The position numbers and the translations under genes were made by a program. From Longimicrobiales bacterium (GTDB lineage Bacteria; Gemmatimonadota; Gemmatimonadetes; Longimicrobiales; Gaopeijiaceae), in NCBI GenBank assembly GCA_965248195.1, contig CBDFIQ010000002.1, positions 1,952,001 through 2,016,000 of the forward strand: a stretch of 64,000 bases of DNA. The letters are read 5' to 3'. The notes below the pieces were generated by a model. That model saw only the letters and a program-made list of their open reading frames with translations. It did no database searches and had not been told where the DNA came from. This document shows positions 49,200 to 59,957 of the stretch, one piece after another (positions within the stretch are counted from its first letter, which is position 1; the number at the start of each line of letters is the position of its first letter).

Positions 49200-51116
49200 C
49201 TACCGGCCGGCTGGCACGGAGGGGACCAGCATCGGACACCGGAACCCGACGACGCGGTCCAGCGCCCCCTCGGGGATCGAATCCGTTTCAGGGTCCCGCA
49301 AGGGCGGCCTCACGATCGGATCCGCGCGCGCTCCGTCGGCCAAGTCGAGCACCTGCCGATCCTGGAGACAGCCCACGAAGTGGTCCCGTACGATCCTGCC
49401 GTCATCGACGAACAGACGGCCCGTGGCACCTGAAAAGCCGGGCATGGCTTCGAGCGTGTCGAGTAACTCGCCGGGTGTCGACGCCCCCCTCCTGATGCCC
49501 TCGAGAAGAAGCGCGGCCGCGTCATAACCCAAGGCCGGCACCAGATCGGGAAGCGTACGCTGATAAAGGGCCTCATAGGCTTCGACAAATCGCCGGTATC
49601 CCTCCGACTCCCCCTCGGCAGGCTGCGGCGACGCCGTCACGACCCCGTTCGTGTGGCGGGTGTCGACTCGCGACAGCATGGCTTCCTCGCTCCAGCCGGT
49701 GGTGCCCAGTACGCGGATTTCCAAGGAGTCGAGCCCGAAAAAAGTCACCTGCGGCGCCATCAACTCCACGTCCCTCGCGGGAATCGGTAGAACCAGCACA
49801 TCCGGACGTAGCGCTTCCGCTTGCCGAAGCTGCTCTTCGAAAAATGTCGCACCCGTCGGGTAGCTGATCTCACCGAGTATCAAGCCCCCTTCGGACTGAA
49901 ACGCCTCGGAAAAGGCTCGAGCCTCGTAAAGGCCGTCGGTGCTTTCGGGATACACCACCACGGCCGTATACAGGTCGCTGGAAATCGCGTACCGTGCCAA
50001 CGCTCGTGCACCGCCGGGGTCGGCACTGCTGAGGGAGTACACGCCGGTGGAACCGTCGGGCACCAAAGGAGATGTCGGTGAGATCACGGCAAGCCTCCCC
50101 TGGACTCGATCGGTGACCTCCGATAGAGCGCCGTCCTGAAGCGGTCCGATGACCCCGAGCACCTCCGACGCCTCTATCGCCGAAAAAGCGATCCTCGCAC
50201 CGATGACATCACCGCCGCTGTCTTGAACGACCAGCTCGGGCGCCAGTCGATTTCCCTGCGGCAGGCCAAACATTTGAAAGGCGACGCTAATGCCTTCTTG
50301 GATTCCGGTCGCGAACTGCCTCAGTCGGGGCGATCCGCTCGTGGGTAGAATCGCCCCGATGCGCGGAACGATCAGGAACTCGCTTACATCACCGGCCAAA
50401 ACAGCTTCGGCCAGAAGCTGCGCCCTGCCGGTGGCCCCGGAATCCAGCGCACGGGTCGCATAAGTTCGGGCGGCGGCATCGGCGCCCAGGGTGTATTGCC
50501 GGAACGCGAATTCAGCCAGGACCGGGGCAACCAAACCCTCATCCGACGCGACCAGCCGGCGAAGCTCGCTCTGCGCGAGCTCATCTACGTGATCTTCCAC
50601 ACGCACGAGGGCTTCTTCGGAAACGGGTTCGCCCGGAGCGGGCAACCAGGCCGCCACGGCTTCGGCGGTTCTGCCCAACGCCTGGAGCGCGTCGCCCTCC
50701 AGGAGAGTCACCTCGGCAATTCGCTCGTCCCCGTCGGCCAGGTAGGTCCGGAACCTGCGTGCCGCTTCCTGCGACCCCTCCAGATTGCCGCTGGCCATGG
50801 CAGCGCGAGCACGAATCCACAGAGCTTGCGCGCTCCCTGGGGCAGCGCTGAATTCAGCTTCGATCTCGAAGGAGAGGGCCTCGGCAAGCTCGAAGGCCTC
50901 CTGGTCGAGCGCCGCCTGCGCCTGAGCAAGTAGGGCATCGGCTTCCGCCTGCCGGCCAGGTGGAAACGGCCCACCTACGATCGCCGGCTCAACTCGACCT
51001 CCCCCGGCGTCGACGATCGGCGCCCCTGGTGTGACGCATCCGAATACGGCGACCACGGCGACAATCGAAAGCCCGGGCGCGACTGGCGTCCGGGCTTTCG
51101 AGGGCAAGTTATGCAT
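49200..51116 (-). CDS. LpoA-like lipoprotein (TPR plus type-1 periplasmic-binding fold)
   Basis: Lipobox VFGC, helical repeats, IGAILPTSG...IGPL...ALGYDAA...GATG; start at MHNLPS. Confidence 0.8.
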   Translation of the reverse strand: MHNLPSKARTPVAPGLSIVAVVAVFGCVTPGAPIVDAGGGRVEPAIVGGPFPPGRQAEADALLAQAQAALDQEAFELAEALSFEIEAEFSAAPGSAQALWIRARAAMASGNLEGSQEAARRFRTYLADGDERIAEVTLLEGDALQALGRTAEAVAAWLPAPGEPVSEEALVRVEDHVDELAQSELRRLVASDEGLVAPVLAEFAFRQYTLGADAAARTYATRALDSGATGRAQLLAEAVLAGDVSEFLIVPRIGAILPTSGSPRLRQFATGIQEGISVAFQMFGLPQGNRLAPELVVQDSGGDVIGARIAFSAIEASEVLGVIGPLQDGALSEVTDRVQGRLAVISPTSPLVPDGSTGVYSLSSADPGGARALARYAISSDLYTAVVVYPESTDGLYEARAFSEAFQSEGGLILGEISYPTGATFFEEQLRQAEALRPDVLVLPIPARDVELMAPQVTFFGLDSLEIRVLGTTGWSEEAMLSRVDTRHTNGVVTASPQPAEGESEGYRRFVEAYEALYQRTLPDLVPALGYDAAALLLEGIRRGASTPGELLDTLEAMPGFSGATGRLFVDDGRIVRDHFVGCLQDRQVLDLADGARADPIVRPPLRDPETDSIPEGALDRVVGFRCPMLVPSVPAGR

Positions 51117-51129
51117 GAAAAGCTTCGCC

Positions 51130-53727
51130 CTATTCCTCTTCCTTGGCCTCGTCTTCATCGGCGTTCGCCTCGTCTTCACCGGCGTCGGCCTCGTCTTCAC
51201 CGGCGTCGGTCTCGTCTGCACTGGCGTCGGTCTCGTCTGCACTGGCGTCGGTCTCGTCTGCACTGGCGTCGGTCTCGTCTGCACTGGCGTCGGTCTCGTC
51301 TGCACTGGCGTCGGTCTCGTCTGCACTGGCGTCGGTCTCGTCTGCACTGGCGTCGGTCTCCTCTGCACTGGCGTCGGTCTCGTCTGCACTGGCGTCGGTC
51401 TCCTCTGCACTGGCGTCGGTCTCGTCTGCACTGGCTTCCGATTCGTCCTCGCCGGCATCCGCCTCCGCCGCACCACCTTCGTCGGCCTCAGCCGCATCCT
51501 CTTCTGAGTCTTCTTCGGCGGTGGCTTCGACGGCGTCGGCCTCCTGCTCATCATCGGTTGCCGCCTCTGGGGCTTTGACCTCTTCAGCCGACGATTCGGG
51601 TGCATCGTCCGACTCCGTAGCCTCGAGCTGCCCATCGGCTTCGGACTCGTCCACGCCGGCATCCGCCTCCGCCGCACCACCTTCGTCGGCCTCAGCCGCA
51701 TCCTCTTCTGAGTCTTCTTCGGCGGTGGCTTCGACGGCGTCGGCCTCCAGCTCATCCTCGGTTGCCGCCTCTGGGGCTTTGGCCTCTTCAGCCGACGATT
51801 CGGGTGCATCGTCCGACTCCGTGGCCTCAAGCTTCCCATCGGTTTCGGACTCGTCCACACCCTCTTCCTCAGGCGGAGGCTCCGGTACATCCATACGCTC
51901 GTGAAGCGTCGTCACCTCGAGTACGATTCTACGGTTCGCGGCATCGGACTCGATCACCTTGAGCTCGAGTGGCTCTCCGGCGCGGAAATACTCGGGGAGC
52001 TTTTCCTCCTCCTCGACTCCGGAGTGGGACGTCGGCACGAAACCCTCGATGTCGTCGCCCAGGTCTACGACCACACCCTTTTCCTGCACCCGAGCCACCG
52101 AACCCGCGGGCTCGACACCCGCAGAAAAGCGCTCCGAAATCTCCGGCCACGGATCATCGGACAGCTGCTTGATCCCGAGCGAGATCCGCTTCGCCTCCGC
52201 ATCGACGTCCAGCACGAGCACCTGGACCTCATCGCCCTTCTGGATGACTTCCGAGGGATGCTCGACTCGCCGGGTCCAGCTCAGATCGGAGACGTGCACC
52301 AGGCCGTCGATTCCGGACTCGATTTCGACGAACGCGCCGAAGGAAGTGAGGTTCTGCACCACTCCGGCCAACTGTGTGCCGGTCGGGTATTTGGCCGGTA
52401 GTGCGAGCCATGGGTCCTCTTCGATCTGCTTCATGCCGAGAGAGATCTTCTCGTCCTGCATATCCACCTTCAACACCACAGCCTCGATCTCATCGCTGAT
52501 GTTCACGAGCTTGGACGGATGCCGAATGTTACGCGTCCACGACATCTCCGAGATATGAACCAGGCCCTCGACACCCTTCTCCAGCTCGATGAAGGCTCCG
52601 TAGTTGGTGATCGACACCACCTTTCCACGCACCCGTGAGCCCACCGGATATTTCTTGTCGATCCCGGTCCACGGGTAGGGCAGAAGCTGCTTGAGGCCCA
52701 ATGAAATACGTTCGCGGTCCCAATCGATGTCGAGGACCTTTACGTCGAGCTTGGCGCCGATATCCACAACCTCGGAGGGGTGTCCTACGCGCCCCCATGA
52801 CATGTCGGTGATGTGGAGGAGACCGTCGAGTCCACCCAGATCGATAAACGCACCGAAGTCGGTGATGTTCTTGACGATACCTTCCCGGACCTGCCCGACC
52901 AGAAGCTCCTTGACCAGGGTCTCCCGTTTCTTCTCGCGCTCCCCCTCGAGGATCACGCGCCGCGAGACCACGATGTTCCGGCGGCGCTTGTTGAGTTTGA
53001 TGATCTTGAATTCGAAGGTCTGACCAAGGAGGTCGTCGATGTTCGGCACCCGGCGCAGCGCAATCTGCGAGCCGGGCAGGAACGCGTCGACACCCATGAT
53101 GTCTACCGTGACACCACCCTTGATCTTCCGCGCCAGCATTCCTTCCACCGGCTCATCGGCCTCATGAGCCTCCCGAATTTTCTCCCAAACACGCAGGAAG
53201 TCCGCCTTCTTCTTCGAAAGCACGACGATCCCGTCATCGTCCTCGAGGCTTTCGAGAAGAACCTCTACCTCCTGTCCCGGCTCGATCGCGTCACGGTCCT
53301 TGAACTCATCTAGCGGGACCGCGCCCTCGCTCTTGAACCCGAATTCCAGGATGACCATGCTGTCGGTGACCCTGAGCACCTTCGCGTGGACGATCTCGCC
53401 TTCCCTGAAGTCACCCATCACATCCGCGTGATCGGAGAGCAGGGCCTCGAAATCCGCTGCGGATATGTCGAGAATTTCCTCTCCGTACGGATCCGCCAAC
53501 AACTCGGGGGAGATACCGCCGGGCACTCTCTCGGCTACCCCTACGGCTACCGGAGCCGACGAAGCAGCAGCTTGGGCATCGGACGCTTTGTCGCCGGACC
53601 CGGCGTCATCGCTGTTGTTCTCTGGGGATCCTTCGGCCGCGCCGTCTTCGGTTTCGCTCTCCGGGGGGGCTTCGGCGGGGGCTTCGGAGATGGGGTCGGG
53701 GGACTGGGGGTCTAGGTTGTTGGTCAT
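51130..53727 (-). CDS. rpsA: 30S ribosomal protein S1 with long acidic extensions
   Basis: Six S1 domains (AFLPGSQI, FGAFIDLGGLDGLLHITDMSW, EGLVHISEMSW); downstream of cmk. Confidence 0.96.
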   Translation of the reverse strand: MTNNLDPQSPDPISEAPAEAPPESETEDGAAEGSPENNSDDAGSGDKASDAQAAASSAPVAVGVAERVPGGISPELLADPYGEEILDISAADFEALLSDHADVMGDFREGEIVHAKVLRVTDSMVILEFGFKSEGAVPLDEFKDRDAIEPGQEVEVLLESLEDDDGIVVLSKKKADFLRVWEKIREAHEADEPVEGMLARKIKGGVTVDIMGVDAFLPGSQIALRRVPNIDDLLGQTFEFKIIKLNKRRRNIVVSRRVILEGEREKKRETLVKELLVGQVREGIVKNITDFGAFIDLGGLDGLLHITDMSWGRVGHPSEVVDIGAKLDVKVLDIDWDRERISLGLKQLLPYPWTGIDKKYPVGSRVRGKVVSITNYGAFIELEKGVEGLVHISEMSWTRNIRHPSKLVNISDEIEAVVLKVDMQDEKISLGMKQIEEDPWLALPAKYPTGTQLAGVVQNLTSFGAFVEIESGIDGLVHVSDLSWTRRVEHPSEVIQKGDEVQVLVLDVDAEAKRISLGIKQLSDDPWPEISERFSAGVEPAGSVARVQEKGVVVDLGDDIEGFVPTSHSGVEEEEKLPEYFRAGEPLELKVIESDAANRRIVLEVTTLHERMDVPEPPPEEEGVDESETDGKLEATESDDAPESSAEEAKAPEAATEDELEADAVEATAEEDSEEDAAEADEGGAAEADAGVDESEADGQLEATESDDAPESSAEEVKAPEAATDDEQEADAVEATAEEDSEEDAAEADEGGAAEADAGEDESEASADETDASAEETDASADETDASAEETDASADETDASADETDASADETDASADETDASADETDASADETDASADETDAGEDEADAGEDEANADEDEAKEEE
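51202..51432. repeat. 11 x 21-bp tandem repeat in the rpsA tail
   Basis: GGCGTCGGTCTCGTCTGCACT units encoding SADETDA/SAEETDA, with degenerate flanking units. Confidence 0.95.
51454..51861. repeat. 2 x 204-bp tandem duplication in the rpsA tail
   Basis: 68-aa unit GVDESE.DG.LEATESDDAPESSAEE...GGAAEADA repeated. Confidence 0.92.
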
Positions 53728-53858
53728 GGCTCATTCACCGGCGCAGTTCGCCGATGCCTATTTACCGGACACCACAGCAGCGCCCCGGTCCGGGTTGAGG
53801 GATAGACAAAACGCCAGCCCCGGCGCCAAGGGCTAACTTGGTCAAGCTATACTTCCCC

Positions 53859-54584
53859 CTAAAGGGGAGTCAAGTCCTTTACCCGCCTCAAGATGAGGGC
53901 CACCTGATCCTCGAATGACAGGCCCGTGGTGTCCACCTCTACGGCATCCTCCGGCCGCCTGAGAGGGGAGTGATTCCGGCTCTGATCGGCCTGGTCGCGC
54001 TGTTCTATGCGTCGGGCCTCTTCCTGGATTTCGCCCGAGGTCGGCTCACGTCCGGCAACCTGAAGCAACCGCCGTCGGGCGCGTTCCTCGAGCCCCGCAA
54101 CAAGAAAAATTTTCACGTCCGCGTCGGGGAAGACGACGGTGCCCATATCTCTGCCGTCGGCCACCAGATCTCCGTGGGCGCCCATGCTGCGCTGCACGCC
54201 GAGCAGCCAATCACGGACCGCCGGTAGGCCGGCGAGCGCGGAAACGTTTCCGGTCACCTCCGGAGTCCGAAGTTCCGACGTGAGAAGCACACCATGGCGG
54301 TAGATGTTCACACCGTCGCCTTCCGCTTCGACCTCTATGTTGAGCGCACTCAACTGTCCGGATTCGAGACCCCGCCACTCCTCCTCCGACACGCCCTCCT
54401 GTAGAAGCGCGAAGGTCAGCGCCCGGTAGAGAGCCCCCGAATCGAGGTGCCGAAAGCCCAACCGTTTCGCTACCGCTTTCGCCGTCGTGGTTTTGCCCGA
54501 CCCGGCGGGACCGTCGAGCGTGATCACGATGGGTCGGGTCGGTCCGTCGGCCACGTTCGATCCGTAGCGTATGGAACGCGTCAT
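53859..54584 (-). CDS. cmk: Cytidylate kinase
   Basis: LDGPAGSGKTT, LDSGALYR and DGRDMGTVVFPDA motifs. Confidence 0.95.
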   Translation of the reverse strand: MTRSIRYGSNVADGPTRPIVITLDGPAGSGKTTTAKAVAKRLGFRHLDSGALYRALTFALLQEGVSEEEWRGLESGQLSALNIEVEAEGDGVNIYRHGVLLTSELRTPEVTGNVSALAGLPAVRDWLLGVQRSMGAHGDLVADGRDMGTVVFPDADVKIFLVAGLEERARRRLLQVAGREPTSGEIQEEARRIEQRDQADQSRNHSPLRRPEDAVEVDTTGLSFEDQVALILRRVKDLTPL

Positions 54585-54603
54585 GGTCAGGTGTGCACCA
54601 CGG

Positions 54604-55908
54604 TCAGGAGCGCTCCGCGCTCAGGTCTTCGAGCATGCCCCAAAAACCCGGGAAGCTCACGTCCGCCACGTCGGCGCCGTCGATCTCGATACGATTCCCC
54701 GGAAGCGCCCCGAGCACGCCGAACGCCATGGCGATGCGGTGGTCGTGATGGCTCGACACCCGGCCGGCGAGCGGATGATCGCCTCCCTCGATTTCGAGGC
54801 CATCACTCAGCTCTTCGGCCCGTACACCCACGGCTCGGAGGTTTTCGACAAGAACTAGGATCCGATCGGATTCCTTGACCCGCAACTCGGCCGCCCCGGT
54901 AATACGGGTCACACCCTCGGCCCGTGCGGCCAGGATCGAGAGGATCGGAAATTCATCGATCATGGCGGGCACGTCGCCCGCTCCAACGGTTGTGCCGATC
55001 AGCTTCGAGGGCCGCCCACGAAGCAAACTCACCGGCTCTCCGCCATCCTCCTCCGCGAAGGGATCGGCCCCCACGCTCGCGCCCATGCGGTCCAGTACGT
55101 CCAGCAGTCCACGACGGGTCGGATTCATGCCCACGTGTGCGATTTCGAGTCCGCCCTCGACCCCGCCCAGGATCGCCAAGGCGAGGAAGAAAGCGGCCGA
55201 AGAAAAGTCGCCCGGAACCTCGAGGTCGAGAGGAGCGATCCGCTCGGGGGGGTCTCGCAACTCTACCCTCCAAAGGCCGTCGGCCTCATGAGATACGACC
55301 GAGACGCCGGACATAGCAAGCATCCGCTCCGTGTGATCCCGTGAGCGGTGCGGCTCCGACATCAAGACGAAGGCGCCGCTCACCAGGCCAGCCAGAAGCA
55401 ACGCACTCTTCACCTGGGCGCTCGCCACGGGGGAGTCATAGTCGAGCGGCTCCAGCGTGCCGCCCGTCACCTCGAGAGGGAGCCGATCCGGCTCGCCCAC
55501 CTCACGAAAGACGGCGCCCATCTTGGACAGCGGGTCGGTCACGCGTCCCATGGGACGGCTCCGCAGCGACGCGTCCCCGGTCACGGTCACGTTCATTGGC
55601 TGACCGGCCAGGACGCCCAGCATGAGCCGAGCGCCCGTACCGCTGTTCTCGAAATCCAAATCGTCGTGCGGCTCGTGTAGGCCACGAAGACCCACTCCTT
55701 GAATTCGCACCTCGGCTCCGTCTCCATCGAACGGAGGGATGTCCACACCCAAGGCACGCAGCGCCCCGGCCGTCGCCTGCGGATCCTCCCCGGACAGCAG
55801 ACCCCGAAGTCGGCTTTCCCCCACGGCGAGTGAAGCGAAGATGAGGGCTCTTTGGGTGACCGACTTGTCGCCCGGAACCCGAATTCGTCTCACGGTTCCT
55901 GCCTCCAC
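54604..55908 (-). CDS. aroA: EPSP synthase
   Basis: PGDKS, NSGTGARL, SAQVKS, ELRVKESDRI and DHRIAM motifs. Confidence 0.96.
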   Translation of the reverse strand: MEAGTVRRIRVPGDKSVTQRALIFASLAVGESRLRGLLSGEDPQATAGALRALGVDIPPFDGDGAEVRIQGVGLRGLHEPHDDLDFENSGTGARLMLGVLAGQPMNVTVTGDASLRSRPMGRVTDPLSKMGAVFREVGEPDRLPLEVTGGTLEPLDYDSPVASAQVKSALLLAGLVSGAFVLMSEPHRSRDHTERMLAMSGVSVVSHEADGLWRVELRDPPERIAPLDLEVPGDFSSAAFFLALAILGGVEGGLEIAHVGMNPTRRGLLDVLDRMGASVGADPFAEEDGGEPVSLLRGRPSKLIGTTVGAGDVPAMIDEFPILSILAARAEGVTRITGAAELRVKESDRILVLVENLRAVGVRAEELSDGLEIEGGDHPLAGRVSSHHDHRIAMAFGVLGALPGNRIEIDGADVADVSFPGFWGMLEDLSAERS

Positions 55909-56735
55909 TCCCGCGTAGCACGCATCAAATCAGCGACCTCTTCGAGTGAGCGCTCAGATAACGCTCTCCGAACGGCGTCCAGGCCGCTCTGCACGCTCTC
56001 GATCGCCCGAAGGTTTTCCTTACTCGCTTCGTCGAGCAGGACCGTCCACACCTCCGGCGAGCTTTCGGCCAGACGCGTCAAATCGCGGCCCCCAGGTCCG
56101 AGATCCTCCACGTTGAGCCCCGCCTCGGCCATCGCGCGTGCCACCACGTTGGAGATCAACTGCGGGAGGTGACTCGCCCACACCATGAGCCGGTCGTGTG
56201 CATCCGCGTCGGTGAGCCGGACCCTCGCGCCCGTCGCCTTCCACATCGACTCCACCGCGCCGATCCGCTCGCTTCCGGCCTCTCCACCACACACGAACAC
56301 TGTTTCACCCGAGAAGAGATCCTCCGATGAGGCCTCGTATCCCGAGTCGGTCCCGCCGGCGAGCGGATGACTCCCGACGAACTGCGAAGCGGCTCCGAGT
56401 GCCCGAGCCTCCTGCATCATCGGCTCCTTGAGGCCGACCACATCGGTGACAGTCGCGTCCCCCCATCGCCCGACATGGGCCCTCATCATGTCTCGAGCCA
56501 CATCCAGTGGTGTCGCGTAGACCACCAGATCCTGTCCCTCGACGGCCTCCACGGCCGTACCAGCCACCGCGTCGATCGACCCGTCGGCCAGGGCACGATG
56601 GGCGTCCTCTCGAGTTCGGTTGAATGCCACGATCCGGGGCCCGTCGTCCATGAGGCGGAACGCACGTGCGAGTGATCCACCAATGAGACCCAGACCGACG
56701 ATCCCCACCCGCTCGAGGGCGAGTCCCGGGGTCAC
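55890..56735 (-). CDS. tyrA: Prephenate/arogenate dehydrogenase
   Basis: [15 protein letters not shown]....SHLP and TRLAES motifs. Confidence 0.9.
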   Translation of the reverse strand: MTPGLALERVGIVGLGLIGGSLARAFRLMDDGPRIVAFNRTREDAHRALADGSIDAVAGTAVEAVEGQDLVVYATPLDVARDMMRAHVGRWGDATVTDVVGLKEPMMQEARALGAASQFVGSHPLAGGTDSGYEASSEDLFSGETVFVCGGEAGSERIGAVESMWKATGARVRLTDADAHDRLMVWASHLPQLISNVVARAMAEAGLNVEDLGPGGRDLTRLAESSPEVWTVLLDEASKENLRAIESVQSGLDAVRRALSERSLEEVADLMRATREWRQEP

Positions 56736-57775
56736 AGACTGCTCGCCTTTTCACCGGGCTCGATCTCCTTGCCAGCATGGCTCTTGCTGCCAACGTCGCT
56801 CTCGCCTCCAGCGTCGCCCTCGCCAGCGGCGTCCCCCCCGCTACCGGCATCGCCCCCAGCTACACCGTCGTTGTGCGGAATTTCTACGCTGAGACCGTCA
56901 CGTGCGATGACCGCTGCTGGGAACGCCTCACGCGCCTCGGCTTCGAGTTCTGAGGGGTCGTCGGAGTAGCGCGCAGAAATATGCGTCAGATAGAGCTGCC
57001 GTACGCCGGCCTTGGACGCTAGGGCCGCCGCCCCCCGAGCTGTACTGTGGTATGTCTGCCCGGCCCGATCGGCCTCTTCGTTTCCGAAGGTGGCTTCGTG
57101 GACCAGCAAGGAGGCGCCTTTCGCGATCTCGATCGTCGCCTCGGAAGGGCGGGTGTCGCCCGTGTAAACCACCACACGCCCTGGACGGGGCGGTCCCACG
57201 ACGTCTGCCGGCTCGACTTGGCGCCCATCGACCTCGACCGTCTCCCCCATATGCAACTTGCCGAAGAGTTCTCCCTCGGGTACCCCCAGAGCGCGGGCGC
57301 GCTCGACATCGAAGCGGCCGAGCCGTTCGTGCTCCACGAAGGCGTACCCCAACGCGGACATACGATGATCCGCCGGGAAGGCGACCACGTCATACTCGTC
57401 GTACTCCACGCGCGAACCCGCACGAAGCTCGTCGATTTCGAGTGGAAACGGCACCCGGTCCACGCCCAAGCTCACGGCCTGTTCGAGCGTGCTCCGGGAC
57501 CCGGCAGGGCCGAAGATCCGAAGCGAATCGGTCCGATCCTGAAGTGCCATCGTCCTCAGGAGCCCCGTGATCCCGAGGAAGTGATCGGCGTGAAGATGAG
57601 TCACGAAAATGTCTTGGACAGCGAAGCCCGTGCCGTAACGCATCATCTGGCGTTGCGTTCCCTCGCCACAATCGAGAAGGAAGGAGTCCCCCTCCCTCTG
57701 AAGGGCGATCGCACTCACGTTGCGGCGCACCGTAGGTCGGGCCGCGGCGGTCCCGAGAAATGTGACTCGAATCAT
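56732..57775 (-). CDS. rnz: Ribonuclease Z
   Basis: [30 protein letters not shown] and THISARY motifs. Confidence 0.95.
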   Translation of the reverse strand: MIRVTFLGTAAARPTVRRNVSAIALQREGDSFLLDCGEGTQRQMMRYGTGFAVQDIFVTHLHADHFLGITGLLRTMALQDRTDSLRIFGPAGSRSTLEQAVSLGVDRVPFPLEIDELRAGSRVEYDEYDVVAFPADHRMSALGYAFVEHERLGRFDVERARALGVPEGELFGKLHMGETVEVDGRQVEPADVVGPPRPGRVVVYTGDTRPSEATIEIAKGASLLVHEATFGNEEADRAGQTYHSTARGAAALASKAGVRQLYLTHISARYSDDPSELEAEAREAFPAAVIARDGLSVEIPHNDGVAGGDAGSGGDAAGEGDAGGESDVGSKSHAGKEIEPGEKASSL

Positions 57776-57837
57776 GGGTCAAGCCGGAGTTGGGGCGGGG
57801 TGGAGCCGCAGAGCAAAATAGCGTCCAGCTTGCCGGG

Positions 57838-59916
57838 TCAGAAGAGCCGAAGTTGGATCCGGAACGTCCGTCCGGGCTGCGGGAGGCCGCACTGATCGAA
57901 GATCGCGTTGTCGGTCAGATTCGTAACGGAAACCATCGCATCCACGTTCGCGAGGGCGGACCGGCCCTCGAGGGCGAAAAGTCGCCGGAGCTGAAGCTCG
58001 AAGCGGTGGGTTCGCCTCAGCCTGTCCATCGAGGCCGAGTCCGCGTTCAGGCAGAACTGGGTTCCCACGAACCGATACCCGCCGGACAGCCTGAAATCTC
58101 CCGGGGCGGGCACAGCCACACTGAACCCTCCGACGACACTAGGCTCGTATTCAGGCCGGGTCTTGACACCGCTATCCTCCTCAATTTGCCAGGCCTGTTG
58201 GAGCGTGAGATCGCCAGTGTACCGCACCGCCCTCCACTCTCCCGAGCCCACCACTTCCAGACCCGTACCCCGAATGCCATCACGGTTTACCCGCTGGCGC
58301 TTAGGCCCCTGCGGCGTCTGCACGCCGATCCGCACGATGCCGTCGGAGAGGACCTGGCGGAAGCCCACCACTTGGAGGTCCACTCCCTGCAGGTCCCAAG
58401 TCAGCCCGAGCTCCATTCCCGTCAGAACCTCCGACTCCAGATCCGGATTCGGGACGAAGCGACCCAGTGCGTCCGAGTACAACTCCCTGAGGGAGGGAAA
58501 ACGTGCGCGACGGCTGACCCCTCCGTGGAGCAGCAGGGAGCCTCCGCCTGTGAGCGACGACACACCGAGGCGCCCCCCCCAGTCACCCATTCCCCCGAGG
58601 GGGGGGTTCCCCCCTGAATCCGGCGTGTCCGCTCCGTCGACCGAGAGGCCCACGTTGAGCTGCGTCGCACCTAGGCTCTCCCAACCCGGGAGATCGTCGA
58701 AACGCCACTCCGCCTCGGACCCGAGGCTCCACAGACGCTGCCGAAAGTCCCGCACGCCCGAGCCGGCCAGTCGCTCCGTGTGGGATATGTCCCCGTACGT
58801 CAGCGCCGTCCGTAGCTCTCCCCTCTCTCCGACGCTGTGTGCCCCGAGTACGCGGAGCGAAACGGTCCTGTCGTCCCCCTCTTCCTCCTCGATCACGCTC
58901 TCGTATGTGGGAGCATCGAACTGTTGAATCCGGAACGAGCCGAAATCGAGCCCCAAGCTCGCTTCGAGATCTCCCATTCCCCAGCCCGTCTCCTTGCGGC
59001 CGGTCCCCCCGGAGACCGCGGTAATCACACGCTTCTGATCCGGGTACCGCCAGAGCCTCGGGTCTGCCTCGTGGATCTCCGGTGGTACGCCACGCTCTAC
59101 GTCGAATCCGGAGGAGGTGAGTGACATCCAGCCTCCCTCGTCACCCTGGTACCGAACGGAGACGAACGCATCCGTATGCCGGGCGTCACTATTAAGGCGA
59201 AGGTCCCCATCGGCGCTCAACAGTGCGGGGTCCCCCGGGATACCCGAGTCGCCGCTCGGTACCGAGACGCCGGGCCGGTCTCTGAAGCCGCCGCCGCCCT
59301 GCACCAGCCACTGGCCTCCGCCGGACTCGAGCGAGCGGGCCACGGTCCCCCCGAAGATTAGACCGCCGTTGTCGTCCAACGCTGCACTGAGCGTCGCCGG
59401 CGGGGGTGCCTCCAAGCGTTCAACACCACGCGCCACATCGATCGACACCACACCAGCCAGAACGTTCGGCCCATAGAGCACCGACGAGAGTCCTCTCAGA
59501 AGATGAATGGACCGGGCAGCCGTCAGCGGAATGATCGAGAGGTCGGTGCGATGGTCCCAACCCAGGGTCAGAGGGACCCCGTCCACGAGTACCGCGATGT
59601 GCCGGTCGGTGGCACCGCGCAGACTCGGCTGAGCCTCGCCCCGTGAATTTTTCCTGACGCGCACCAACGGCATCTCACGCAACGCCTGTTCCAGCGTCGG
59701 TATCGGCACCGAACCCAGAGAATCGAGGCGCATTTCCACCACCCCCACTCCGCCGGTGACCGTGAGGCGGCGACCGGCCACGACGCGAATCCCATCCAGT
59801 CGGAAGCTGTCGGGATAGATCTCGACGATATCCGAACGGAGCGAGTCCGACCGCTGGGCCTTGGTGGCCTGGGGCCAGATGCCCAAGATCACGAGGGTCG
59901 CCGCCAGAGGGACCAA
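57838..59916 (-). CDS. TonB-dependent receptor
   Basis: Plug motifs LVDGVPL and RGLSSVLYG; PDLESE; C-terminal PGRTFRIQLRLF. Confidence 0.9.
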   Translation of the reverse strand: MVPLAATLVILGIWPQATKAQRSDSLRSDIVEIYPDSFRLDGIRVVAGRRLTVTGGVGVVEMRLDSLGSVPIPTLEQALREMPLVRVRKNSRGEAQPSLRGATDRHIAVLVDGVPLTLGWDHRTDLSIIPLTAARSIHLLRGLSSVLYGPNVLAGVVSIDVARGVERLEAPPPATLSAALDDNGGLIFGGTVARSLESGGGQWLVQGGGGFRDRPGVSVPSGDSGIPGDPALLSADGDLRLNSDARHTDAFVSVRYQGDEGGWMSLTSSGFDVERGVPPEIHEADPRLWRYPDQKRVITAVSGGTGRKETGWGMGDLEASLGLDFGSFRIQQFDAPTYESVIEEEEGDDRTVSLRVLGAHSVGERGELRTALTYGDISHTERLAGSGVRDFRQRLWSLGSEAEWRFDDLPGWESLGATQLNVGLSVDGADTPDSGGNPPLGGMGDWGGRLGVSSLTGGGSLLLHGGVSRRARFPSLRELYSDALGRFVPNPDLESEVLTGMELGLTWDLQGVDLQVVGFRQVLSDGIVRIGVQTPQGPKRQRVNRDGIRGTGLEVVGSGEWRAVRYTGDLTLQQAWQIEEDSGVKTRPEYEPSVVGGFSVAVPAPGDFRLSGGYRFVGTQFCLNADSASMDRLRRTHRFELQLRRLFALEGRSALANVDAMVSVTNLTDNAIFDQCGLPQPGRTFRIQLRLF

Positions 59917-59957
59917 GACGGCCGCTTTACGAGGTGCTGCTATGGAGGGTGGTATCG

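Noticed and set aside
51160..51453. CRISPR-like array of 21-bp repeats
   Set aside because: Units are head-to-tail with no spacers and lie in frame within rpsA; no cas genes are present.
51031..51904. Plus-strand repeat ORFs (VGLVCTG, RSRLHW, SSALAS) and the long 5' extension of ORF 49200-51890
   Set aside because: These are shadow frames of the rpsA tandem repeats.
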